Virus record (IMG/VR): IMGVR_UViG_3300037882_002614
Location: 1 to 33,036 of that record
Direction: 5' to 3' (one strand)
Source: a virus
Length of the DNA: 33,036 nt
The notes below the pieces were generated by a model. It saw only the letters and a list, made by a program, of their open reading frames with translations. It was not told the origin of the DNA and made no database searches. The translations under genes and the position numbers were made by a program. Below are positions 15,308 through 24,207 of this stretch, piece by piece. Within the stretch, counting starts at the first letter, position 1; the number at the start of each line of letters is the position of its first letter.

Positions 15308-15681
15308 TGGCTGATAAGATTTTAACGCCCCGTAAAAATGAAGAGCCATTTAACGCGCAGGCAACCTCAACGCTGTTAGAGCGGGCGGGTGGCTTTAATT
15401 TACAGGAGGCTTTGAGCAATTTAAACGCTAATGCCTCGTTTAGCCTTGATGATGTCAATCGCCTGCAAGCCAAAAGGGCGCGCGCGATTATGGCTGCAAA
15501 AGCTTTGATTAAAACCGAAGAATATTTAACCCTGCTTGATTTTTTAGCCGATAGCTCGGTTCGAACGCGTATTGATGCTGGCGGCTTGCCTTTAGAGCAA
15601 TTCGCTTTGCACCACGCAACCCATAACGGGCGGTGCGAAATGTTTAACTTTATACTTTCTCTTTCAACCTCAAAGGAATAA
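15307..15681 (+). CDS. Hypothetical 124-aa protein
   Basis: TAATG coupling to the portal stop. No motif recognised. Confidence 0.55.
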   Translation: MADKILTPRKNEEPFNAQATSTLLERAGGFNLQEALSNLNANASFSLDDVNRLQAKRARAIMAAKALIKTEEYLTLLDFLADSSVRTRIDAGGLPLEQFALHHATHNGRCEMFNFILSLSTSKE

Positions 15682-15684
15682 CCC

Positions 15685-16527
15685 ATGTCTGAACCTGTAA
15701 TGCCAGCAACACCTGAAATGCCCGCCGCTGATGCGCCGCCTCCAGCCGCGCCGCAAAATCCCGCTGCGCCTCCATCTGCGGATAGCCAGCCGCCTGCAAA
15801 TCCAGCGACGCCGCAAACTCCCGCCTCGCCTTCGTTTTATATGCCGAAAGATTTCCCTGACCATTTAAAGGGCAAAGACCAAAATGAAACGCTTGATAAG
15901 GCGTTTGCGGCTTGGTCTGGTGCTAGAAAAATCATTGGTGATAAGCCGCAAAATGCTGATGGTTATGAATTAACTGTCTCTGAAGCTTTAAAACCTTATG
16001 AGGCGGAATTAAAAGATAACGCTTTTTTGAAAGATATGAAAGGTTACGCCTTTGAAAACGGCATGTCTAAAACGCAGTTCAACGGGTTTTTAAATAAATC
16101 GATTGAACGCTTACAAAAAGAAGGCACATTAGCAGCTCCTTATAATATCGATGCTGAAATTAAAATCATTGCGCCTGATGCGCCAGATAACCAACGGAAA
16201 GGGCAAGCCGAAAAAGTTATCTCTGATAACAAAGCCTATTTAGACGGCATGGTGGCGCAAAAAGAAGTTTCCAAAGAAACGGCGGATTATATCAAGTCTA
16301 ACCTTAATATGGGGCATATGAATAATTTGTTGCTTGCAATGCGTGGCATGAACAAAGGCGATAACGTGATGGTTGGTGGTGCGGTTCATAACGGCATAAG
16401 CGAAGCTGAAATGGGGGCGATTATCAAAGACCCGCGCTATAATTCAAGTTCACCGCAATATGATAAGGATTGGCGGGCAGAACAAGATAAAAAAATGCAA
16501 GAGGCATTTGCTAAAAAATCTGCTTAA
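15685..16527 (+). CDS. Scaffolding protein candidate (280 aa)
   Basis: Lies between portal and capsid genes. Pro/Ala-rich N-terminus followed by a charged helical body. Confidence 0.55.
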   Translation: MSEPVMPATPEMPAADAPPPAAPQNPAAPPSADSQPPANPATPQTPASPSFYMPKDFPDHLKGKDQNETLDKAFAAWSGARKIIGDKPQNADGYELTVSEALKPYEAELKDNAFLKDMKGYAFENGMSKTQFNGFLNKSIERLQKEGTLAAPYNIDAEIKIIAPDAPDNQRKGQAEKVISDNKAYLDGMVAQKEVSKETADYIKSNLNMGHMNNLLLAMRGMNKGDNVMVGGAVHNGISEAEMGAIIKDPRYNSSSPQYDKDWRAEQDKKMQEAFAKKSA

Positions 16528-16547
16528 GGGTTTTTATTTAAGAATAT

Positions 16548-16593
16548 GGTGAGCCTTACAAAATTAAGGCTTACCCAAATAAGCGAGGCTTAT
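16548..16593 (+). terminator. Two hairpins between the scaffold and capsid genes (attenuator or RNA-processing site?)
   Basis: ggtgagcctta-caaaat-taaggcttacc (11-bp stem with one G:T), then ataagc-gag-gcttat followed by GTTTCAT. Confidence 0.35.
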
Positions 16594-16662
16594 GTTTCAT
16601 ACCCTCTGCTGTTTGGCATCTTTGGCTTAGTTTAACTTTAAACTTAACAAAGGAATAAACAA

Positions 16663-17556
16663 ATGGCAAATAAAGCCTCAGAATGGTTTACAACGTCTTA
16701 CCAAAAAGGCGTTATCCATGACCTACAATCAACAGGGTTTTTGTTGAAAGGCATGGCACAGCACGGTGTTAAAGTCACTGGTTCAAAAGTGCGTTGGATG
16801 CTAGCGCAAAAGCGCGAAGCGCAACGCAAATCTCAAGTCGTTGAAATGGTGCAAGCGGCAACCATTAACAAGTCTTACGAAGAAGCTGAGATGGAAGAAT
16901 GGGATGCTAGCTCTTGGATTTTGGCTGACGATTTAGAAAAAATGGACGTCAACCAAAAAGACGAAGAGCAAAGAGCTGCAGCAATGGCTTTAGGGCGTAA
17001 ATTTGACGAAATCCACATTAAAGAACTGTTGGCGGCGGCTTTGCCAGGTGGCAATATAATTAGCGCTCCAACGGCAAATATTAAATCAGAACACGCTTTA
17101 AAACTGGCGTCTATCGTTCGTTCAAAGGGGAATAATCATTTGAATGAAATTTATTGCCCGCTTCCTGCGCAAGCTTTTGACCAGCTCATGCTTTATAAAG
17201 AATTTTCTTCTTCTGATTATATCGGTGCTGATTTGCCTTTCGCGAAAATGACGCAAAAGAAAACATGGCGTGGCGTGAATTGGTTTGAAGTTCCTGATAG
17301 CCTTGTTCAGTTTGATAATGGCTTTGGGGAAGAAGCTGTTATTGGCGACGCGTCAAGCTTTACTGCCGTTCTTTGGTCTAAATCAGCTTTGGGGTTTGCG
17401 TGTAATTATGATTTAAAATCGATGATTACTTATGAAAATACTCATGCTGCGTGGCTTGCACGGAATTTCATGTCTGGCAAAGCTAAAGTGTTGTTGCCTG
17501 GTGCGATTGCTAAAGGCACATTCAAATTTAATGGTGCTTTAGAGCGCAATGTTTAA
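16663..17556 (+). CDS. Major capsid protein (297 aa)
   Basis: Position after the scaffold gene. Good RBS (aaaggaataaacaaATG). Size typical of an HK97-fold capsid protein. Confidence 0.75.
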   Translation: MANKASEWFTTSYQKGVIHDLQSTGFLLKGMAQHGVKVTGSKVRWMLAQKREAQRKSQVVEMVQAATINKSYEEAEMEEWDASSWILADDLEKMDVNQKDEEQRAAAMALGRKFDEIHIKELLAAALPGGNIISAPTANIKSEHALKLASIVRSKGNNHLNEIYCPLPAQAFDQLMLYKEFSSSDYIGADLPFAKMTQKKTWRGVNWFEVPDSLVQFDNGFGEEAVIGDASSFTAVLWSKSALGFACNYDLKSMITYENTHAAWLARNFMSGKAKVLLPGAIAKGTFKFNGALERNV

Positions 17557-17576
17557 AACAGAAAAGGATAAAGCTC

Positions 17577-17840
17577 ATGGCTTATGATAAGCAAGCATTA
17601 AGACGGGGTATCTCTACAGAACCCACAACAGGCAAGACATTGTCGCGGTATTTTTACGCTAGCAATGATGCTGCTGCAGCAATCATTGCGGCTGGTTATT
17701 TTAACGATGCGCGCGACAAGCTTCGGAAGGGTGACCATATTGATATTACCGCTGTTAAAGATGGCATTCCTGTTGGTAAATCAGTCGTTGTTACCGCCGT
17801 TCCGCTTACGGGTGATGTAACGGTTGCCGCTTTCGCATGA
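17577..17840 (+). CDS. Small virion-module protein (87 aa)
   Basis: Lies between the capsid and gp11-like genes. RBS aaaggataaagctcATG. Confidence 0.5.
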   Translation: MAYDKQALRRGISTEPTTGKTLSRYFYASNDAAAAIIAAGYFNDARDKLRKGDHIDITAVKDGIPVGKSVVVTAVPLTGDVTVAAFA

Positions 17841-18454
17841 TGATTGATAAACCAACGATAATTAATAATGCACTGGTGAGACTTGGTGTCTCACCAGTGC
17901 TTTCGTTTGACGATGAAAGCGACATTGGCGAGACGGCTTCTCGCATTTATGAAAGCGAAATCAATGGTTTGCTTTCTTCTTATCATTGGAATTTCTGCTC
18001 ATTTCTTGTTGAACTCGACAGGCTTGACCCTAACGCTGCGGAAGGTTTTCCTTATCGTTTCGGGTTGCCTTCAAACGCTCTAATTTATAACCCGCGTGCG
18101 CTTTATGGTTCTTCAACTGCTTCTGAGCCGCTCCGCGATTATCGGTTTATTAACGGCGAAATTAGATGCGGTTACACGAAATTATGGGGTGAATTTAAAC
18201 TTCGCCCCAATGAAAATGAATTACCCGCTTACTTTGTTAATGCCTTTGAACATGTTTTAGCTGGCGCGCTTGCTGTGCCTTTAACCGATAGACCAAACAT
18301 TGCGGAATATTGGAATGCGGCGGCTTACGGTAGTGCTAAAGAAAATCGACAAGGCGGCTTAGTTGGGCGTGCAATCACTTTAGACGCAAATTCTGCGCCT
18401 CACCTTCATTCTATCGCTAACGGCGTTTCCCTTTATCAGTCACGCCAAACTTAA
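17837..18454 (+). CDS. Tail tubular protein A / adaptor, T7 gp11-like (205 aa)
   Basis: IINNALVRLGVSPVLSFDDESDIGETASRIYESEINGLLSSYHWNF parallels T7 gp11 VNDILASIGEPPVSTLEGD...RQIQSRGWTFN. Confidence 0.8.
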   Translation: MMIDKPTIINNALVRLGVSPVLSFDDESDIGETASRIYESEINGLLSSYHWNFCSFLVELDRLDPNAAEGFPYRFGLPSNALIYNPRALYGSSTASEPLRDYRFINGEIRCGYTKLWGEFKLRPNENELPAYFVNAFEHVLAGALAVPLTDRPNIAEYWNAAAYGSAKENRQGGLVGRAITLDANSAPHLHSIANGVSLYQSRQT

Positions 18455-18465
18455 GGGTATGACGC

Positions 18466-20883
18466 ATGATACCGCGCTCTGGAACATATCAACTTTCTTT
18501 CAATTCGGGTGAAATTGCCGAAGAGCTTTACGCAAGAACTGACGTTAAAAGCTTCTATGCTTCTTGCGCCAAAATGTCGCGCTTTGAACCTGTGCCGCAA
18601 GGCGGGTTTAAACTGATGGACGGAACGCGCCATTGTGGTTATGCGGGGCGAAGTGTTGCGCTGGGCGCAACTGGTGCTTTAACAACGCAAACAAGCTTTA
18701 ATGCGAATGACGTTGTTTTGACTGTTGCACTTTCTAGCGTTGTTAAACATTGCGGGGCAGATATAACCTTTAAGTTAACCGCCAGCGTCAATGATGCTTT
18801 GCGTCTGCAAGCTTTTAACCTCTTGACCAATCAATGGGAAAATATTAATGTGCCGATAGATGGTGATGAGAAAGAACGGAAACGCCGTCTCGTTCTGCCG
18901 CCTAAAAAAGATATTTTCGCAACGCAAATTCGCCTTGTCGCGCTTGCAGCTTGCACGGTTGTTTCGGCGTCAATGAGAGCTTTGCAAGAAACCTCTGCAT
19001 CGATGTCGCGTTTAAAGGCATTCAAATATGATTTAGATGAAAGCTATGTGTTTGTTTTATCGCCTTTTCATGTCGATATTTGGCGTGATGGCGTGTTTGT
19101 TGGGGCTTCAAGCCTTCCTCATACTGCTTCGCAAGTTCAATCGATGACCTTTACGCAACGCCTCGATGTGTTGATTTTATGGCATCACGATGTTGAGCCA
19201 ACGCAAATCAAGCGCGTTCGGGGTGATAATGAATGGCAAACAAGCGCGGTTGCTTTTAAGAATTTGCCTGAAGTTGATTATGGGGGTTCATATACCCATA
19301 TTTCAGAACAGCATTATTTAAACTTTCAATGGGAAGCTTCTGTTGCTGGCTCTGTTCACTTCTTCACTATCACGGTTAACACCGAAGAAACGGAAGCCGT
19401 TGAAATTCCAAACCCGTTTGATTGGGCGGTGACAGCGGCAGAACTTCAGACAAAATTATTGGCTTTGCAGGGTATAGAAGCGGGGGTAACTGTTACCGTT
19501 GTTACAACTGGAACGACCCCAACGTCACAAAGTTTACTGATTGATTTTGCAGGCGACAATGCAGGCGGAAAATATATTGTCACTGGGCGCTTCACCTCAA
19601 CCTCAAAGGCGGCTATCACAACGGGGCGTAAACGGGCAGGTAAACGCGGCGGTGAGGCGGTTATGTCAGCGTTGCGCGGTTACCCTTCATGTGGAACATT
19701 CTTTCAAGAGCGTCTCATCATGGGTGGTTTCAAATCAAAGCGTTCGGCTTGGTTGGCTTCTGTCACAGGTGATTATTTTGATTTTAACGCAACGGCGGAA
19801 AGTGCCAGTAGTGCTATCCTCATCGGTCTCGATACAGACGGCGCGGAACAGATTTTACAAATCAAGGTTGGGCGTCATTTGGTGTTTTTCACCGATAGCG
19901 GTTCTTATTACCTTTCAAATCAAGTTTTAGCCAAAACGATCGCCCCATCGTTGGTTAAGAATTCTACTGATGGCGTCTCGCAACGTGTGCCTGTTTTTGA
20001 AAATGAAGGCGGGTTAATTTTTGTTAATCAACGCCGAACACAGGTTTTTTCGGCTTCTTTCACGGCGGTTGCGGAAGCTTACGCGATTAGCCCTTTGTCT
20101 TTGTTGGCGACACATTTAATTGATAATATTGTGGGGGCAGATATTCAAAGGTCAAACGCTGATAATGATGCAACTCGCTATCTCTTGGTAAGAGATGACG
20201 GCGTTTTGGTTGTCGCAACCCTTATTCAAGGGCAAGATGTTTTGTCGTTTTCGCGTTGGGAAACACACGGCAAAGTTAAAGATATTGCCGTTGATGGCTC
20301 TGAAGCTATTTATGTTTTGGTTGAACGCGAGGTCAATGGCGTTGATACCTTGTTTTTAGAGCGCTTTGAAAAAGGCTTGTGGCTAGATAACGCGATCACT
20401 TTGCCTATTAACAATTCGGTTAATGTCATGGGCTTAGAAGCTTTTGAAGGGCAAGAGGTTTATGTTATTAATGATGGCTTTGTTGAAAAACCAAAAACCG
20501 TTGCTGCAGGCGAAATTACGCTTGATTACGAATGTTTGGAAAGCGTGACAGTTGGGCTATGGCAAGCACCAATTTTGGAAACCTTGCCTCTGCCACGTGA
20601 AATTGGAACGCGAACTGTTAACCGCCGTAAGGGGCGCATTACGACGGTTCAAGCCTTCGTTTTGAATAGCACGTCTATTGCTTTGGGGGCGAACAACGAA
20701 AGCCCGCGCAATCAACCGCTTTATTATACGGGTGTGCCCGTTGACGTGCCGCTTGCGCCACAAAGCCGTAAGGTTGAAGTCAACGGCTTAAGGGGCTTTA
20801 CTTATGAGCCGCAGGCGGTTTTCACGCAAATTTCACCAGGCGCATTGCAAGTGCGCGATATAACATTAACAGCAAGTTTATGA
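18466..20883 (+). CDS. Tail tubular protein B / nozzle, T7 gp12-like (805 aa)
   Basis: Size (T7 gp12 is 794 aa) and position directly after the gp11-like gene. Confidence 0.7.
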   Translation: MIPRSGTYQLSFNSGEIAEELYARTDVKSFYASCAKMSRFEPVPQGGFKLMDGTRHCGYAGRSVALGATGALTTQTSFNANDVVLTVALSSVVKHCGADITFKLTASVNDALRLQAFNLLTNQWENINVPIDGDEKERKRRLVLPPKKDIFATQIRLVALAACTVVSASMRALQETSASMSRLKAFKYDLDESYVFVLSPFHVDIWRDGVFVGASSLPHTASQVQSMTFTQRLDVLILWHHDVEPTQIKRVRGDNEWQTSAVAFKNLPEVDYGGSYTHISEQHYLNFQWEASVAGSVHFFTITVNTEETEAVEIPNPFDWAVTAAELQTKLLALQGIEAGVTVTVVTTGTTPTSQSLLIDFAGDNAGGKYIVTGRFTSTSKAAITTGRKRAGKRGGEAVMSALRGYPSCGTFFQERLIMGGFKSKRSAWLASVTGDYFDFNATAESASSAILIGLDTDGAEQILQIKVGRHLVFFTDSGSYYLSNQVLAKTIAPSLVKNSTDGVSQRVPVFENEGGLIFVNQRRTQVFSASFTAVAEAYAISPLSLLATHLIDNIVGADIQRSNADNDATRYLLVRDDGVLVVATLIQGQDVLSFSRWETHGKVKDIAVDGSEAIYVLVEREVNGVDTLFLERFEKGLWLDNAITLPINNSVNVMGLEAFEGQEVYVINDGFVEKPKTVAAGEITLDYECLESVTVGLWQAPILETLPLPREIGTRTVNRRKGRITTVQAFVLNSTSIALGANNESPRNQPLYYTGVPVDVPLAPQSRKVEVNGLRGFTYEPQAVFTQISPGALQVRDITLTASL

Positions 20884-20890
20884 GGTCATC

Positions 20891-21451
20891 ATGGAATTAA
20901 TGCAAACCGCTTGGTCTTCGCTTACGACAGGGGCAGCAACCGCCGCCGCGCCTGTGGCTGGTGCTGCCACAACCGCCGCGCCATTCTCGCTATTTGGCGG
21001 GGGTGGTTTTGGTTCAACGCTTTTGCAAGGAACGCAAAGCCTCATGGGGGCGATGTCGTCGATAAGGGCGGGTGACGCCAAAGCGAAGGCTTTAGAAGAG
21101 CAAGCAAGACAAGCCGAATTTGAAGCGGGGCAGGAAGCCATTAAAGGCGTTGAACGCCGTGTTTCTTTAAAGCAACAGCTTTATAAAAACTTAGGTGAGC
21201 AATCGGTTTCATATGCCTCTGGTGGGGTTGATTTGTCGTTTGGCACACCGCAACAGGCACAAAATGCAGCGATTGATGATGCTAACCGCGCCTTGACGCT
21301 TGATGGTGGCAACGAAGAGATTAAGCGCAGTGGCTTAAAAACCCGCGCCGCAGCTTATCGTTCGGCGGCTTCCGAAACGCAAGATGGCGCACTATTTGGC
21401 GCAGTGTCGCCTTTGTTTAATTTCGCACTTAGCCTGAATAGAAGGGGTTAA
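20891..21451 (+). CDS. Internal virion protein, gp14-like (186 aa)
   Basis: Ala/Gly-rich hydrophobic N-terminus. Size and position match T7 gp14. Confidence 0.55.
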   Translation: MELMQTAWSSLTTGAATAAAPVAGAATTAAPFSLFGGGGFGSTLLQGTQSLMGAMSSIRAGDAKAKALEEQARQAEFEAGQEAIKGVERRVSLKQQLYKNLGEQSVSYASGGVDLSFGTPQQAQNAAIDDANRALTLDGGNEEIKRSGLKTRAAAYRSAASETQDGALFGAVSPLFNFALSLNRRG

Positions 21452-21453
21452 TA

Positions 21454-24198
21454 ATGAGCAATCGTCGCCCAAAAGATATTGGAATTCCAAGCTTCGCCAC
21501 TAAGGTTGATATTGCGACAGGCAATGAAACGGCGGGGGTGAATATTTCGCAGGCAGGGGCTGGCTATGAAAGCGCGGCTAAGTTTTTTAATGAAAGCGCG
21601 GCTAGGGCTGGTGCTTATGCGGATGAACAAGCGCAATTAGAAGGAACGCGTGCGGGCAAAATTGCGGCTGGTCAAGAGGGTTATAAGCCAACAGAGCAAG
21701 AAATGAGTGATACGTCGCTTTATGGGCGAAGTAAAAGTCAAGCGGCTAGTGCACTTTATGCCCAAAACGTGCAAGCAAGTTTTGGTTCTGATGTTGATAA
21801 GCTTTATGAAACCTCGAAAGACGACCCCGTTAAGTTTCAATCTGGCATGAAGGCTTTAAAGCAACGGTATGAGCAAGACCATCTAGTGCCTGAAATGGGG
21901 GCGGCTTTTAATGCGCATTTCACCTCAACGCTTAGCTCAAAATTAAGGGCGGTGAATGCGGCTAAAGAGGCAAATGACAAGAATGAGAGTGTTGCTTCGC
22001 TTTATCGACAAACAAACGAAAACGACACCAACCGCGCCCGTTTGTTGATGGGCAACCCGAATGACCCCGCAACGATAGCTGCAGCTGAACAAAAAACTGC
22101 AACCAACCTTAATGCGATTGCAGCTCTTCGTGATGCGGGGAATATCACACCGCAGCAAGCTGAAAAAATGATTGCCGATGAAAAGGTAAATGCGCGAACG
22201 CAAATTGTCACCGCCCAAACGGCGCGAATGAATGGTGAAGAAATTCTCACCTATCAACAAAATTTCCGTGACAAGTTTCAAAAAGGTGAATTGAAAGATG
22301 TTGATGCGTCATTATTTAAAACGATTGACGATAGTTTAACGCAAACCGCCAAGCGTCAAGATGTTGCGGGCATGAAGTTGCAAACGGACTTGCGCAATAA
22401 ATGGAACGATGTGATTGAGCGCGCCCGTAATGGCTTGCCAGCAACACAGGCGGAACTTGCCGCGCTCGAGGGCGAAGCGCAAAAGCTAGGCGCGGGTGGC
22501 GTTGATATTATGAACAATTCAAAGAAAAAACTTGAATTCGTTCGGCATTTAAACACGCTATCGCCCAAAGAGGCTGAGGCAGAAATTCAGAAATATGAGC
22601 AATCCGCAAGAGGCTATAATGTTATTGATAAAATTATCGGCGTAGAAAGCGCAGGTAAGGCAAATGCTCAAAACAGCCGCTCTAGCGCGGGTGGTTTAGG
22701 GCAGTTCATTGATAGCACGTGGGTGCAAATGCTTAGAAAACATCGTCCTGACGTAGCTGATGGTAAAAGTGATGCGGCATTAATAGACATGAAATATAAC
22801 GCCTCGTTGTCGCGTGAAATGACAACGCGATATGCAGAAGAAAATGAAAGAGGCTTAAAGAGTTATGGCATAACCCCAACCGCTGGTAATGTGTATTTAG
22901 CGCACTTTGCAGGTTTAGGCGGGGCGCAAAGGCTTCACTCTAATCCTTCTGGCGATGCGGCTTTAGTCATGGCGGGTGGTGATGCTAATAAGGCTGAAGG
23001 CATTAGAGAGGCGAATGGTTTTTTACGAGGAAAATCAGCTCAAGATGTAATTAATTGGGCGGCGCGAAAAATGGGTGGAGCAAGTGGCGATGTTGGCATT
23101 TCTAAACAGCACGCTGAAGACAGTCTTTTCATGCGCAATCATTTAAAATCGCAACAGCAAACGCTTTCAACCGATGCTTTGCAGGCGGCGCGGTCACGCA
23201 ATCTCATTCTTGATATAACGCCATTTTCGGCTTCTGCTCCTGTTGAAACTATTGGGCAACAAATTCAAAGCCGTATCGCGCAGCAAGATGCGGTTGCCAC
23301 ACATTTTAAGCAAGATTTGCAAATTTTGCGCCCGCAAGAGAAAGATGAAATTAACACCGTTCTTAAAAAGGGCGGGGCTGAAGCCTTGCCGATGATGCAG
23401 GCTTTGTTGCAAGGTTCGGGGGCTAAAAACAAAACGCTCGTTAAAGAGCTTTTAGGCGAAGATAATGAAGCTGGCAAAATTGCCATGCTCATGATGGGCG
23501 GGGCAAGTAAACAGACCATTAGTGACATGGCGGAATATGCCAAGGTCAAAGAAGTCGAAAATGTCAAAATGAACAACCCGCCGCCTGAAAAGATGGAAAC
23601 AATCCAAGATGTAATCGGCTTGTCACTTGACCATCACCCCGAAGATAAGGCGCGCATTATTGCGATGGCGGATAGTGTTTACAAGGTTCGGGCGTTTCGC
23701 TTTAATGTTCAAGGAAAAGATAAAGAGGCAACAACACTTTATCGTGACGCCTTGCAAGATGCGATGGGTGCGAACCGCGTTGAAGGGGCGCAGGTTGGCG
23801 GCTTTGTTAAATACAAGGGCTATTCTACCATTGTTCCGCAAGGCGTGATTGCCGATAAATTCACGTCGATTATTTCGTCTTTGACGCAAAAAGACTTACA
23901 GGCAATGCCAATTCCACCGATTGCAGAAAGTGGTTATCCCTATGCAATTTCCGCCATTCATAATGCAACGCCTGTTAAATTTGGGGCTGGTTATCGCTTC
24001 ATTGCAGGTGACCCGCACGCCGCAACGCCGCAATATATTCGGGGGAAGGATGGCAACCCGTTTGTTATGCCGTTTGATGATATGCGTGAAATGCTTGAAC
24101 GGCGTGTGCCTGCGGCTTTTGTTGGCGGCATGATGGCTGAAAGGAAACGCCAGCAAGATTTTATGGATACTTATAAAAATATGAATTCAGCGCGATAG
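21454..24198 (+). CDS. Internal virion/ejection protein with a lytic transglycosylase (SLT) domain (914 aa)
   Basis: IIGVESAGKANAQNSRSSAGGLGQFIDSTWV ... YLAHFAGLGGAQRL. Catalytic Glu codon at 22645-22647. Confidence 0.8.
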   Translation: MSNRRPKDIGIPSFATKVDIATGNETAGVNISQAGAGYESAAKFFNESAARAGAYADEQAQLEGTRAGKIAAGQEGYKPTEQEMSDTSLYGRSKSQAASALYAQNVQASFGSDVDKLYETSKDDPVKFQSGMKALKQRYEQDHLVPEMGAAFNAHFTSTLSSKLRAVNAAKEANDKNESVASLYRQTNENDTNRARLLMGNPNDPATIAAAEQKTATNLNAIAALRDAGNITPQQAEKMIADEKVNARTQIVTAQTARMNGEEILTYQQNFRDKFQKGELKDVDASLFKTIDDSLTQTAKRQDVAGMKLQTDLRNKWNDVIERARNGLPATQAELAALEGEAQKLGAGGVDIMNNSKKKLEFVRHLNTLSPKEAEAEIQKYEQSARGYNVIDKIIGVESAGKANAQNSRSSAGGLGQFIDSTWVQMLRKHRPDVADGKSDAALIDMKYNASLSREMTTRYAEENERGLKSYGITPTAGNVYLAHFAGLGGAQRLHSNPSGDAALVMAGGDANKAEGIREANGFLRGKSAQDVINWAARKMGGASGDVGISKQHAEDSLFMRNHLKSQQQTLSTDALQAARSRNLILDITPFSASAPVETIGQQIQSRIAQQDAVATHFKQDLQILRPQEKDEINTVLKKGGAEALPMMQALLQGSGAKNKTLVKELLGEDNEAGKIAMLMMGGASKQTISDMAEYAKVKEVENVKMNNPPPEKMETIQDVIGLSLDHHPEDKARIIAMADSVYKVRAFRFNVQGKDKEATTLYRDALQDAMGANRVEGAQVGGFVKYKGYSTIVPQGVIADKFTSIISSLTQKDLQAMPIPPIAESGYPYAISAIHNATPVKFGAGYRFIAGDPHAATPQYIRGKDGNPFVMPFDDMREMLERRVPAAFVGGMMAERKRQQDFMDTYKNMNSAR

Positions 24199-24207
24199 GA
24201 GAGTGGC

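Noticed and set aside
15132-15686. 184-aa minus-strand ORF antisense to the portal 3' end and the next gene
   Set aside because: It is antisense to two well-supported, translationally coupled genes. Its composition is dominated by Ala/Leu/Ser/Arg, as expected from the complement of Gln/Ala-rich coding sequence.
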